Under the pieces are notes generated by a model. The model did no database searches and was not told the DNA's origin. It saw nothing but the letters and a program-made list of their open reading frames with translations. The translations under genes and the position numbers were made by a program. Below, piece after piece: positions 37,401-46,794 of a stretch of DNA of 64,000 bases. Source of the stretch: Candidatus Obscuribacteraceae bacterium (lineage in GTDB: Bacteria; Cyanobacteriota; Vampirovibrionia; Obscuribacterales; Obscuribacteraceae); contig JBGAHS010000007.1 of NCBI GenBank assembly GCA_044226015.1, forward strand, positions 160,001-224,000. The letters are read 5' to 3'. Each line of letters starts with the position of its first letter. The stretch's first letter is position 1.

Positions 37401-39497
37401 GTTGGCGGAAACCTCTGGCTCAGTTCGAAGACAAATGTGAATATCAGCGGAGCTAACATCGTTTCTATTGCTTCAAGCTCAAGCAAAGCCGGTACTGCCT
37501 ATACTGGCGGACAAATTGCTATTCTGGCAGGGGCTCCGGAAACTGACATGGGAGTTATGCTCGCTGGGCTGGCTGCTAATCGCAATTCGAGCAAGCAATA
37601 CCATTCTGACACCAGCTTGAGTGGAAATACCATTTCGCTGCAAAATGGTTCATCCTTCTCAGTGGTGCAGCCAGCTGATCACCTTGTGACGCTGACAAAT
37701 AACAACATCACATTGAACGGCGGCGTGGTATTCATCGACCCACCACCTAGCTCGACAGTCAATGTCACTGGCTCGACGATCAATGCTGTTGGACCTGGCA
37801 TTAGCTCCCCGACTGTGCTTCTTGGCGGTACAACAGTCGTTAACACCGGCGGCAATTCTGGAGGCACTCCGGTCGTCGTTCCTCCGACCAGCACCGGTGG
37901 TGATACCACTGGCATTGGCTCGGGGACGGGCACAGGCACCGGCGGGTTGGGAACCGGTCTTGGTGGAACCGGTACCATTCTCAACACATTTAGTGCTAGC
38001 TTCGTTCAGGGACCAGGAAGCAGCACCGTAAACTCGAATGATATTTCGTCAAAATCAACGAGCAATCAAATTCAGTTCTTCGGCGGTAATTTCAATACTA
38101 ATGGTACTTCTACAGCTCTAGGAGTGGATACTTTAGAGGAAGGTCCCATCAAACCTACCATGCGCTCTGGCGTATTTTGTTCGAAGCCTCAGCTGCTAAA
38201 GACCTCGGACATTCTGGATGAGGACAGCTGGATTATTGCTTCTAGCAGCTGCCAGCCGTTCACTTTTGAAGAGCATGATGGCTCACTCATTGTAGGAACC
38301 GGTCCTGCGAAGTTCGCTCCCGCGCAAGATCGAACACTGCTGCTTCGAGAAGGAAAGATACTCGTAATCACTGTTGATAAGATTCACGTCGTAAGAACAC
38401 CGTTTTGCAATATCACCATTCCAGTAAACACCGCTTCCATTGTGGAAGTAGACACTCAAGGCATGGTGAGAATCGCTCAATTGGCAGGTGGCAAAACATC
38501 CGTGACCATTTGTAGAAATGACGAAACACTGATTCTTTCAGCTTCACCGGGCGAGCAGCTCGTGCTTGGAGAATCTGCCGTTTCTGAAGAGCAGTTTGGC
38601 AATTTTAGTTTTCCTGAAGTGGCTCACACCAAAGTGTCTGCCTGGAACTTGGAGATTTCTGGACTGCGCGGGCAAAAAATGCGCTTTGACAGACACGAAA
38701 TGGCGCAACGCGAGCCTCTTCTTCATTGCAGCATGGGGTGCGTAAATCAAACTCAATTGCGCAGAATTGAGCAGCTCATGCAGAGTATGTCGAGTGAGCA
38801 AGCTGTGCTCAAATCAATGGTCAAACAAGGCAAGGGCGCTCGCCTTATCGAAGGCTCATTGCCAGCTTCGCCCAATCAAATGCGACCAATATCGTTCACT
38901 GACAACACACTTCATGGTGCCTTGAATTTCAATACTCTGAACGCAGGCAGTGCACTGGTTAAGTATTCTGGAAAGTGTAAAGTCTCCTTGAGCAGTCCCG
39001 GACTTATAGTTCTGGAAGAAGGCGAGGCGCTTGTTGCAGCAGATAAACGAACTATAGTGAAATCGGGTGTTTCACATATTGAACTTAAGCCTGGCACGGT
39101 AGCAACGTTTCATGCGCACGATGGTCTGCTAACTGTCCGCAATGTATTTGAGAAGAACTCCACTTCTGTTGTCGCAACTGTTGCCGCAAAGAAGGTTGTA
39201 GGGCTGCAGGTGGGTCACGAAATTATCATTGGACCTAAGGGGCTGTCTATTGGACATACCCTTAGTGATGAACCGATTGGACGCCGTCGCATCAAGAACG
39301 AGGACCTTTCCTCAGGGCACACCTACATCTCTTCGGAAATTTCACTCAATTCACTTATGTTGAATTCGAACATTTTGGCTCAATTGATTCGCAGCGATGA
39401 TGATGCTGATAAAGAGCTGGCTAGGAAGATAATGAAGATGGCAGTATGCCTATCGCTAGTGACTTCAGGTCACGGCAATTTTTCAATGGGTCATTAG
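34455..39497 (+). CDS. Filamentous-haemagglutinin-like beta-helix exoprotein with C-terminal tandem FecR-like domains
   Basis: Signal peptide; G/S/T/N/V-rich repeats (GGNITLIAG, NFGSITSAGSLNLTAG); GTG 34455 after AGGGGG preferred to 34419. Confidence 0.75.
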   Translation: MIKVRNYLHTMLSLQLLVTSGMLAHSLMGTIAKAENSGGGRPGSSGTSGVQLDLSSTAASISGSTLGKNDVPIVTGGKTVLVGANSALTPAQYLAAMSVINGGLQTLTINSAGQATGGLFQVPTSTNLTSINVPKGVIGVYDVAGNHALNLSGNFTNYGNFYLLSTNHSVNSGSLTAQNIVNNQGALISSVLPSLITSIFGLVNNLSFSLNAVQNLHNFGSITSAGSLNLTAGNQIVNGLASVTSSAALASVTATNNISLIAPNITNIGQITSALNNINIQTTNMQNAGLLQSIKGDINISNLIDRTMNINNVGGMISAHSSLNFSSDTSRAVLSVVGGNLQANAINFDNPQGTVSVSVDDISRNLNFDARRVTLSVSKGSSGLDLRGLDNSRSVALTYTGSGDIFTSGFTTRGKDVSIDTTGSISIDGQILTSRKNKGDGGNVFLSAGQDLLVGDISTAGKQGGDGGNITLIAGGTVGASQLVASGGASGNPGVITIESGKSGSGDTTVSGILDNGVAGGGVVSITSPGGITAGTISAINGTVTINSQTTKIDKIDVGNDGQLSLNPSKDSTGPYIVDLGDLSHFGTGNISIGGGAGGPLSTDIVVTGNCDHCLGNVTSISLNTQGSYKATGTSLVLDEGQSYSVSADLGVFTGSVSGGSSISFTSKGVVTVDGTISNPHVELSGSGFDISSPIHAEGGTVSLLPTSSSTVINGSQLSNVNTSTLNIGNGSSGSVQITGTADLTHVTDHVGVNLSGDFNAANATMNLANNASMVINANNVNTGAVNGGVAYVVNARGSLDVSGNLNIPNGPVVLNGDLNASGASINLHSGTSITAAAVSVMSPMGAISSGSQIKSLNAEIAFDAGSSLTFLDAASIKAATNVNLSSGANMTFGSQSGSGVLVSAGYLSSSVDPFHQTGTVSDSMLGTGGNININTFKNGSASGDVSLGNQVSLVAAGSGNTGNVAVLSGGNINVGAAKLASVGGNLWLSSKTNVNISGANIVSIASSSSKAGTAYTGGQIAILAGAPETDMGVMLAGLAANRNSSKQYHSDTSLSGNTISLQNGSSFSVVQPADHLVTLTNNNITLNGGVVFIDPPPSSTVNVTGSTINAVGPGISSPTVLLGGTTVVNTGGNSGGTPVVVPPTSTGGDTTGIGSGTGTGTGGLGTGLGGTGTILNTFSASFVQGPGSSTVNSNDISSKSTSNQIQFFGGNFNTNGTSTALGVDTLEEGPIKPTMRSGVFCSKPQLLKTSDILDEDSWIIASSSCQPFTFEEHDGSLIVGTGPAKFAPAQDRTLLLREGKILVITVDKIHVVRTPFCNITIPVNTASIVEVDTQGMVRIAQLAGGKTSVTICRNDETLILSASPGEQLVLGESAVSEEQFGNFSFPEVAHTKVSAWNLEISGLRGQKMRFDRHEMAQREPLLHCSMGCVNQTQLRRIEQLMQSMSSEQAVLKSMVKQGKGARLIEGSLPASPNQMRPISFTDNTLHGALNFNTLNAGSALVKYSGKCKVSLSSPGLIVLEEGEALVAADKRTIVKSGVSHIELKPGTVATFHAHDGLLTVRNVFEKNSTSVVATVAAKKVVGLQVGHEIIIGPKGLSIGHTLSDEPIGRRRIKNEDLSSGHTYISSEISLNSLMLNSNILAQLIRSDDDADKELARKIMKMAVCLSLVTSGHGNFSMGH

Positions 39498-42394
39498 TCC
39501 GGCAGCCTTGCTTCCAACCAGAAAAGAGTTCTGAAAGGATCTCCCAAATAGAGTTTTGTGCCTGGTGTGTGCATCTTCTCCAGTGTCTTTTGATAATTGA
39601 GTTGAACTGCCAGCTCTTGTTCGATCAACTGACGTAAATCTGCACTGAATTCCGGGTTAGCTTGCTCATGCTTCAAGAGTGTGATAAAGCTCTTGTTTAA
39701 CGCTCTTCGTTTCTCGATTTTGTTTCCCATAACGATATTAAAGTCATTAACCATCTTCTGGATTTTCTTTAGCCTGTCGGCAAACTTTTGTTCAGAGCTT
39801 CCTGCTGAGTTGTCTATCAAAAATATGAGCGCATCTGGATAAGAGTCAAGCATAGGTAGCGGAGCCTTATGAAAGTATTCATCCATAAGCCTCTCTAACT
39901 TATTCAGTTGCTTATTTTCGCCCTTCTTGTTCGTCGTCGGCTCGAACTTAAAATCATTTCTCAACTTCAAAAATGCGTGCAAAAATGCCAGTCCATGCGG
40001 GGTGTCCTCCAGATGTGGTGAGCTAAACATCTTGTTCAGGCGCTCTTCGATTTGTTGGTCGTCACGACCTTGAGCACGTTGAGCTTCCAGATATAGCTGC
40101 AAGGAAAGTGCCTTAATGTAATTGGACCTGATTGAATTACTTTCTTCTGTATCTGCCACCGCAATCTTAAAAAATCTCTCTGCGGCGGGATATTGTTTGC
40201 GCAAAAACGCGAACTTTCCTAGTGCGAGACGAAGCTCTGCACACGACAATTTTATTTCTGTATTTCCAATGTCTTCTAGATGCGTTGTTTGTTTTTCGTC
40301 AAGGGCGGCTAGCTCTACCGGGTCAATCCCCTCAGCGAGCAACTCCGTCCAGATAGCAGGTGCTGCCGCAATTGCTCGTCGATTGTCAGGCTGAACTCTA
40401 TTGGCGATTGCACTTACGTTTCCATAATCAAGCAGCTTCGCTATGTAATTTCGGGCTAAGTCGGTATTGCCTCCCATCCCCGACTGATGGCGTGCTCTAA
40501 GAAAAAGCGCCATTCCCTCATCACAGACTACGTCAGTAAAAGTTTCTGAATTGAGGCACCTGTTCAAAATCTTTTTGGATAGGTCTATGGCGTTACTATA
40601 GTGTTGAAGATCAATTTCAGCTCTACATTCTTGTATCTGCATTCTTGCTTTGTCCAGATAGTGATTGGCCGAATTAAACTGTACCGTTGTTACTGAATCT
40701 GGAAGTGATTCGTATTCTTGCATGAACGCCAGTATTTCCTTTTGCATTCCGCATTCGCAAAATAGTGCCACCCAGTCTCCGTACTGAGGCAGTTTTTTGT
40801 TGGCTTTTATCAGGGTTCGTGCAGACTTTAGAGACTTCCTCAGCTCATCTTCAAAAGGGATTCCAGCGTAGAATTTGCTGCGAGCCACGGACAACTCCAA
40901 ATCAAACTGGGCGTGTCCTAACTCCGCCATTGAGCACGCTGGAAAACCGGGCTCGATAATTTCTTTTGCTTTGGCAAAATCACCATTACATGATTGATAG
41001 TAGGCTGCCAGCGCCAGTACCTGAGCGTATTTTTCCACAGTCGGAGAACCCGTGCCTGTTTTCAATATCTCTTTCGACCAGATTTTGTAAGAAGCCAGGT
41101 CGTCTTGTAAAATCCTCGTTAGTGCAACTGCCCTTTCAAAGTCTTGTAAGCTTCCGACATCGTAATTTGGCTGAAGTTTTGTTGACCTTACTTGTTCCAG
41201 TGCCTCCCGGTCGCTGATGGCATTCGTAACTTTAGGCCAATATCCTGTTTTTACTCGCGCGAGACCTTCCATCCACTGAACACTCATTCGACTCTTAAGG
41301 TCACTCGATTGTGATTGCGCGAGCCAATCTTCACACTGTTGAATCGTCTGGAGATTGTCAGCTCCAGCAGATGGCATTTTTGATTTGCCAAAAAGCGTTT
41401 TTATCCTGGGACGGTCCTTTATCATCAACTGTTTTTTGTATTCGATGAGAAAGAAGAATCCGACTCCAATAAGCACAATGGCAGCTGCATAAGGCAACAT
41501 ACGCAGCAGTCCATGGACGGATGCTGTCTTTGATTTTGAAGTATCCTTTGCTCTGGAAATTGCATTGGACAGCTCATCGACACTCTGAAATCGGTTGGAT
41601 GGATCTTTTTGCAGGCATTTGATAATTACGTTTTCAAAATCTCTGGAGATGCCTTTGTTGGCTGGCACTGACTTGATTATCTTGTTGGCATGATTGTTCA
41701 AAATGGCGAAATCATTTTGATCATCCATTGGCGGACTGCCCGCTAGCGCCTCATACATCAGGCAGCCCAGCGAGTATATGTCTGAGCGCGCATCTAGTGG
41801 CTTCATTTTGCATTGCTCTGGGCTCATATAGTTGAATGAACCTAGAATCAATCCTGTCTTAGTGAGTTTTTGATTGCTGTCTGCAATGTTTTTGAATATG
41901 CCGAAATCGAGCAAGCGAGCGACAGAGTAGCTTGAATCTAAAATGACGTTGGACGGTTTTATATCACGGTGTACGATGCCTCTCTCATGTGCATATTTGA
42001 GAGCAGACGAAATGTCTGTCACAATTGCTTTAAGTTCGTCTTCTGTCAGGGGAGAACTCTTGAGTCGCTCAGCAAGCGTTTCTCCTTCAATGAACTCAAT
42101 TGCAATGAATGGCTGTCCTTCATCAGTTTCACCAAATGAGAGAAACTTTGGAATATTCGGATGCGAAAACGAACTCAGGAGTGACGCTTCCTTTTTGAAT
42201 CGTTCCAACGCTTTGTTATCTTCTCCGAAGTCTTTTGCAAAAATTTTGACGGCGACGTCCTGATCAAGCAAAGTATGCCGGGCTTTATAAACTATGCTTG
42301 AAGCACCTTTTCCAAGAATCGCTTTCAATTCAAACTTGTTAGCGATTATTTTATCGAAATCTTGATTGCTGCCATCATTGTTCATTGGTGCCAC
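39494..42394 (-). CDS. Membrane Ser/Thr protein kinase with large helical C-terminal domain
   Basis: GKGASS, AVK, HRDIKPSN, DFG, YMSPE; TM segment AAAIVLIGVGFFFLI. Confidence 0.92.
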   Translation of the reverse strand: MAPMNNDGSNQDFDKIIANKFELKAILGKGASSIVYKARHTLLDQDVAVKIFAKDFGEDNKALERFKKEASLLSSFSHPNIPKFLSFGETDEGQPFIAIEFIEGETLAERLKSSPLTEDELKAIVTDISSALKYAHERGIVHRDIKPSNVILDSSYSVARLLDFGIFKNIADSNQKLTKTGLILGSFNYMSPEQCKMKPLDARSDIYSLGCLMYEALAGSPPMDDQNDFAILNNHANKIIKSVPANKGISRDFENVIIKCLQKDPSNRFQSVDELSNAISRAKDTSKSKTASVHGLLRMLPYAAAIVLIGVGFFFLIEYKKQLMIKDRPRIKTLFGKSKMPSAGADNLQTIQQCEDWLAQSQSSDLKSRMSVQWMEGLARVKTGYWPKVTNAISDREALEQVRSTKLQPNYDVGSLQDFERAVALTRILQDDLASYKIWSKEILKTGTGSPTVEKYAQVLALAAYYQSCNGDFAKAKEIIEPGFPACSMAELGHAQFDLELSVARSKFYAGIPFEDELRKSLKSARTLIKANKKLPQYGDWVALFCECGMQKEILAFMQEYESLPDSVTTVQFNSANHYLDKARMQIQECRAEIDLQHYSNAIDLSKKILNRCLNSETFTDVVCDEGMALFLRARHQSGMGGNTDLARNYIAKLLDYGNVSAIANRVQPDNRRAIAAAPAIWTELLAEGIDPVELAALDEKQTTHLEDIGNTEIKLSCAELRLALGKFAFLRKQYPAAERFFKIAVADTEESNSIRSNYIKALSLQLYLEAQRAQGRDDQQIEERLNKMFSSPHLEDTPHGLAFLHAFLKLRNDFKFEPTTNKKGENKQLNKLERLMDEYFHKAPLPMLDSYPDALIFLIDNSAGSSEQKFADRLKKIQKMVNDFNIVMGNKIEKRRALNKSFITLLKHEQANPEFSADLRQLIEQELAVQLNYQKTLEKMHTPGTKLYLGDPFRTLFWLEARLPD

Positions 42395-42401
42395 TCAAAC
42401 G

Positions 42402-43526
42402 CTAAGTCAGCTCGTCTTCATCTTCTGACGCAGGTTCTTCACTATCAAGTTCTTCGCTATCAAGTTCTTTGGAGTCTAGCTTTCGGAAATCGTTGAGCGT
42501 TTGCTTCTGTTTCTTGCGCGAGTCTGCTCTGAATCTCTCATTCAGTCGAGGAAGTACGCGCGAACCAACAGTTTTTTTTGTACCTGCATCTACCTTAGAA
42601 GAGGTTTCTTTCCGAATTCTCTCAGCGTTCTGGGCATCTGCCAGAATCGTGCAATAGCTCTGGTAGCGAGACTCGGCAATCTCTTCCATATGAGCTTCTA
42701 CATTGCACCCGGCTTCACCTGTATGCAAACAGTTGGAGAATTTGCATTCCGATGCAAGCTCGATTATCTCAGGAAATTGCCATGCTACATCTGCTGCTTG
42801 CGGGTAATCGAGTTCTCCCATGCTGTAACCTGGTGTGTCTGCAATCCACCCCGGCAGCTTGGTTCGGGAGGTTTCAGGCAAGCTGTAAATTTCACTGTAT
42901 GTAGTTGTATGACGCCCCACAAGTAATTCTTCGTTTATGTCTACTTTGAGGTTTATGTCTGGTATCAGCTGGTTTATTATGCTGGACTTACCTACCCCCG
43001 ATGGACCAATGAGCACGGAGGTTTTGCCCTGCATTGTGTGTTTCAGTTCATCTATGCCAATTCCTGTTTTTGCTGAGACAAAGAAAATTTTGTATCCCAG
43101 CGGCTCATAAATGTTTCGTAAGGCGTCGAGCTCTTCTTTCTCGGCCAGATCGCATTTGTTCAGAAGAATGAAACATTTGAAGTGCTCTATTTCCAAGTGA
43201 AGTGTAACAATGTAGCGATCGCATAACAGCGAGTTCCACTCAGGCTGGTGCATCGACTGTACAATGAACACCTGATCCAGATTGGCGATATATGGTCTGG
43301 TGAGCAAATTCTTTCGTTCGCAACGGGCCGAAATGACCGCGGTGCCTCGATCTGAAGGATCTAGAGCAGGCTCTACTTCATCTAGCTCAACTCTATCGCC
43401 AGTGAAAATTTGAACCCCTTCTTTTTTCAATCGGGATCTTAAAGGACACTGGAGTATCGCATTTAGTTCATCTGAATGAACCAGATAACCACCAGCATGC
43501 CTTCTGAGGACTCTTCCTGTGTTCAA
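42402..43526 (-). CDS. rsgA: Ribosome small subunit-dependent GTPase A
   Basis: Circularly permuted NKCD, GPSGVGKSS, GRHTT, DTPG; zinc finger CKFSNCLHTGEAGC. Confidence 0.95.
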   Translation of the reverse strand: MNTGRVLRRHAGGYLVHSDELNAILQCPLRSRLKKEGVQIFTGDRVELDEVEPALDPSDRGTAVISARCERKNLLTRPYIANLDQVFIVQSMHQPEWNSLLCDRYIVTLHLEIEHFKCFILLNKCDLAEKEELDALRNIYEPLGYKIFFVSAKTGIGIDELKHTMQGKTSVLIGPSGVGKSSIINQLIPDINLKVDINEELLVGRHTTTYSEIYSLPETSRTKLPGWIADTPGYSMGELDYPQAADVAWQFPEIIELASECKFSNCLHTGEAGCNVEAHMEEIAESRYQSYCTILADAQNAERIRKETSSKVDAGTKKTVGSRVLPRLNERFRADSRKKQKQTLNDFRKLDSKELDSEELDSEEPASEDEDELT

Positions 43527-43614
43527 ATGAGCCTGCCTTCACCGACGACCTTAACAGCATACAATACTAGCGAACGGTTAATCGCTACTTCTGCGAGAAT
43601 ATAGAGAACTCAAT

Positions 43615-45456
43615 ATGGCGACCTTAATTATGGAACCTAATCTGGAAACACTGGAATCTAAAGACACTGACTCGTCTGCAAAGCATATTAGAAATATCGC
43701 AATCATTGCTCACGTTGACCACGGCAAAACAACACTGGTTGACGGATTTTTGCACCAGACTGGTGTCTTTCGTGAAAACCAGGAGGTCGAGACCTGCGTC
43801 ATGGACTCTAATGATTTAGAGCGTGAGCGCGGTATCACAATTCTCGCAAAGAACACAGCCATCGAGTACGCCGATTGTTTGCTCAACATTGTTGACACAC
43901 CTGGGCACGCCGATTTTGGTGGCGAAGTAGAACGAATATTAGGAATGGTCGATAGCGCGTTGCTAATTGTTGACGCTGGTGAAGGACCGATGCCTCAAAC
44001 TCGCTTTGTATTGAGAAAGGCGCTTGAGCGTGGGTTGCGTCCGATTGTTGTAATCAACAAAATCGACAGACCAAATATTGACCCTCACGTTGCGGTAGAT
44101 AAAGTATTTGATCTTTTCGTCGAGCTTGGCGCAAATAACGAACAGTTGGACTTCCCAGTGGTGTTTGCTTCTGGTGTCAAAGGCTTTGCAAAACACAGAG
44201 TAGAAGATGAAGATGTTGATCTTCGTCCGCTGCTCGACCTGATAGTCAGTCATTGTCCTCATCCTTCCGGTGATGAAACAGGCACCTTGCAGATGCAGAC
44301 AACGATATTAGATTACAGCGACTACCTCGGACGCATCGCGATCGGAAGAATATACAACGGTACGATTTCCGAAGGGCAGAATGTCGTCCTTATGAAAGAA
44401 GATGGCTCAACGGTTAAGGGACGCATCAGCAAGTTGCTGAAGTTCCACGGACTCAAGAGAATCGAGGCGAAGACCGCCTCGGCAGGAGAGATTGTTGCAA
44501 TTGCAGGTTTCGCTAACGCAAACGTAGGCGACACAATCACTCTAGTTGATAATCCAGTTGCTCTTCCAAGAATTCTTGTTGATGAGCCGACTATGAAAAT
44601 GTCATTCCTGGTTAACGATAGCCCATTTGCTGGGCAGGAAGGCAAATTTGTCACCTCCAGGCATTTGCGCGATCGTCTCTATCGTGAATTGGAGACCAAT
44701 GTCAGCTTGCGAGTGAATGAAACCGATAGCACCGACACATTCCTTGTAAGTGGAAGAGGCGAGTTGCATCTAGGCATTCTTATCGAAACCATGCGCAGAG
44801 AAGGATACGAGTTTCAGGTGTCCAGACCTGAAGTTATCGTCAAGCAAGTCGACGAAAGAGTTCTTGAGCCTTATGAAAAGCTGTTCATCGATGTGCCAGA
44901 AGAGTACATGGGTGCGGTTATTCAAGAACTTGGACCACGCCGTGCAGAACTTCAAAATATGCATGTGGATAGAGGGCAGGGCTTGCTTGAGTTCATCGTA
45001 CCTACACGCGGATTGCTAGGTTTCCGCAGCGAATTTTTGCGTCTGACTAAAGGCACCGGTGTAATGAATCATGGCTTCCATGAATTCAAAGATTGGTGTG
45101 GTGATATTACTCAGCAAAGAAATGGCGCATTAGTTGCGTGGGAAGAAGGCACTGCTACTGGCTATGCGCTGCAAGCTGCAGAGGACCGCGGTGTATTCTT
45201 TATCTCGCCGAGCGTTCGTGTCTACACCGGCATGATTGTCGGTGAAAATTCCCGCAGCCAAGATCTCGACATCAATGTCTGCAAAACCAAAAAACTCACC
45301 AACATCAGAAGCTCGACTTCTGAGGCTCTGGTTACACTGCAAGCCCCCCGCGAAATGTCGCTGGAAAAATGCCTGGAGTGGATTCAGGACGATGAGCTCG
45401 TTGAAGTAACACCCCAGACAATTCGCATGAGAAAGAGACAGCTTTCCCGCAGATGA
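43615..45456 (+). CDS. typA: Translational GTPase TypA/BipA
   Basis: [53 protein letters not shown]. Confidence 0.97.
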   Translation: MATLIMEPNLETLESKDTDSSAKHIRNIAIIAHVDHGKTTLVDGFLHQTGVFRENQEVETCVMDSNDLERERGITILAKNTAIEYADCLLNIVDTPGHADFGGEVERILGMVDSALLIVDAGEGPMPQTRFVLRKALERGLRPIVVINKIDRPNIDPHVAVDKVFDLFVELGANNEQLDFPVVFASGVKGFAKHRVEDEDVDLRPLLDLIVSHCPHPSGDETGTLQMQTTILDYSDYLGRIAIGRIYNGTISEGQNVVLMKEDGSTVKGRISKLLKFHGLKRIEAKTASAGEIVAIAGFANANVGDTITLVDNPVALPRILVDEPTMKMSFLVNDSPFAGQEGKFVTSRHLRDRLYRELETNVSLRVNETDSTDTFLVSGRGELHLGILIETMRREGYEFQVSRPEVIVKQVDERVLEPYEKLFIDVPEEYMGAVIQELGPRRAELQNMHVDRGQGLLEFIVPTRGLLGFRSEFLRLTKGTGVMNHGFHEFKDWCGDITQQRNGALVAWEEGTATGYALQAAEDRGVFFISPSVRVYTGMIVGENSRSQDLDINVCKTKKLTNIRSSTSEALVTLQAPREMSLEKCLEWIQDDELVEVTPQTIRMRKRQLSRR

Positions 45457-45462
45457 GGTCTT

Positions 45463-45771
45463 GTGCAAGAGTTCGTCAAAGTCGCAAAGCTCAGTGATTT
45501 CTCTGGCAGCAAATGTAAGGCTGTCGAGGTCTCTGGGCAGCGAATTCTTCTGGTGAATACACCTGCTGGTGTATGTGCCGTGGAGGATGCCTGTTCTCAC
45601 CTCGGCGCTCCTCTGTCACAGGGGTTTGCTACCAAAGACAGTATCACTTGCGAGTGGCACGGAGCCAGCTTCGACTTGCGCACTGGTGAAGCCCTCTGTG
45701 CGCCAGCAAAAGACCCAATTGCTGTCTACGAAGTGCGTGTCACAGGCGACGACATCGAAGTACTCATCTAA
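45463..45771 (+). CDS. Rieske [2Fe-2S] ferredoxin (oxygenase ferredoxin subunit-like)
   Basis: CSH...CEWHGASFD motifs. Confidence 0.9.
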   Translation: MQEFVKVAKLSDFSGSKCKAVEVSGQRILLVNTPAGVCAVEDACSHLGAPLSQGFATKDSITCEWHGASFDLRTGEALCAPAKDPIAVYEVRVTGDDIEVLI

Positions 45772-46031
45772 TCAACCGGTACGCTTGCAGAGCATTTTTC
45801 GCATTTGTGCACCAGGCGCGCAAAGCTCATGCGCAGCCCCCGGGCGATACTAGCGACAATACCAAAACTGGGTTGCCTTTTGCCGCCCTCTATCTTACTT
45901 ATGAAAGCTCTATCTATGTGCGCTTCTGCTGCAAGTTCCTCTTGAGACATGTGAAGGCGTTTTCGACGCTCTTGCACAATTTTTCCAAGACAATCATATA
46001 GATGCTGATGAAAAGCTCGATTGTTACTCAT
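45768..46031 (-). CDS. XRE/Cro-CI family HTH transcriptional regulator
   Basis: RKRLHMSQEELA...ISKIEGGKRQPS; AAGGAG RBS. Confidence 0.9.
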   Translation of the reverse strand: MSNNRAFHQHLYDCLGKIVQERRKRLHMSQEELAAEAHIDRAFISKIEGGKRQPSFGIVASIARGLRMSFARLVHKCEKCSASVPVD

Positions 46032-46058
46032 GTCATCATCTCCTTTGTGAACGCAGAG

Positions 46059-46083
46059 GGCGAGAACAAATCTGTCTGGTTCC
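46059..46083 (-). promoter_or_regulatory. Putative ECF-sigma promoter for the XRE gene
   Basis: Minus strand GGAAC-N16-CGCC. Confidence 0.35.
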
Positions 46084-46199
46084 GAAAAATTACCAGCATA
46101 GTCGACGCTGAATTTTTCGACTTCAGAGAACCCAATACTGCTGTGGCTTTCGGGACGGATGAATTTTAGGGTTTTCTTTTAAAAAAAATCAAAAAGCAG

Positions 46200-46225
46200 G
46201 GAACCAAACTGATTGATTGCAGTCT
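46200..46225 (+). promoter_or_regulatory. Putative ECF-sigma promoter
   Basis: GGAAC-N16-AGTCT about 35 nt upstream of ATG 46259. Confidence 0.45.
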
Positions 46226-46258
46226 GATTTGTTGTGAATTTATGGTTTGCATCCTGCG

Positions 46259-46474
46259 ATGACTAATGAGCACAAAAAAACAGAACCCATTCGTGAACTT
46301 GAGCAATTAGCCCAGTTCTTTATAGAACATGGACGAGAAGACCTGGCTCGGGAAATTACCGACCAGGTTTCAAGGCTGCAGAGAAAAGGTCCACACTATA
46401 TTGAATCGAGATCGGTCAGAGAAGTAGATAGCTTGAGCCAGTTAGGTTCAGATCAAATAAAACTCGACCCCTGA
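46259..46474 (+). CDS. Small hypothetical protein
   Basis: 71-aa helical ORF (ELEQLAQFFIEHGREDLAREI) downstream of the ECF-like promoter. Confidence 0.55.
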   Translation: MTNEHKKTEPIRELEQLAQFFIEHGREDLAREITDQVSRLQRKGPHYIESRSVREVDSLSQLGSDQIKLDP

Positions 46475-46794
46475 TTCGTTGAAAATGTATTCATCCTTCT
46501 ACTTCTTCTGCTTAATTGCAGTTTAGGTGCCGCATTTGGTTCCAGAGCAAGGAAAAGGTCGTTCTGTCTGAAAAATGAGCTTGATAACCATTAGCTCATA
46601 TTAAGTCCTCATCAGGTCATTCTGAGCCTAGCTCGTTATCCTGTTGAGAACCTCAGATAGATAGGTACGAAATCTATTTCGTCTTGTGGAACTGGACTTT
46701 GTGGAACTTGGGAATGCAAGCAAGCAAACTGTCTAAAAAAACCCCGGTGCCTGCGGTACTAGAGTATTGGCCAGAAATTCTGGACGAAAGTCCT

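Noticed and set aside
45768..46474. Prophage/ICE immunity region or toxin-antitoxin pair around the XRE regulator
   Set aside because: No integrase, phage genes, att-like repeats or recognisable toxin
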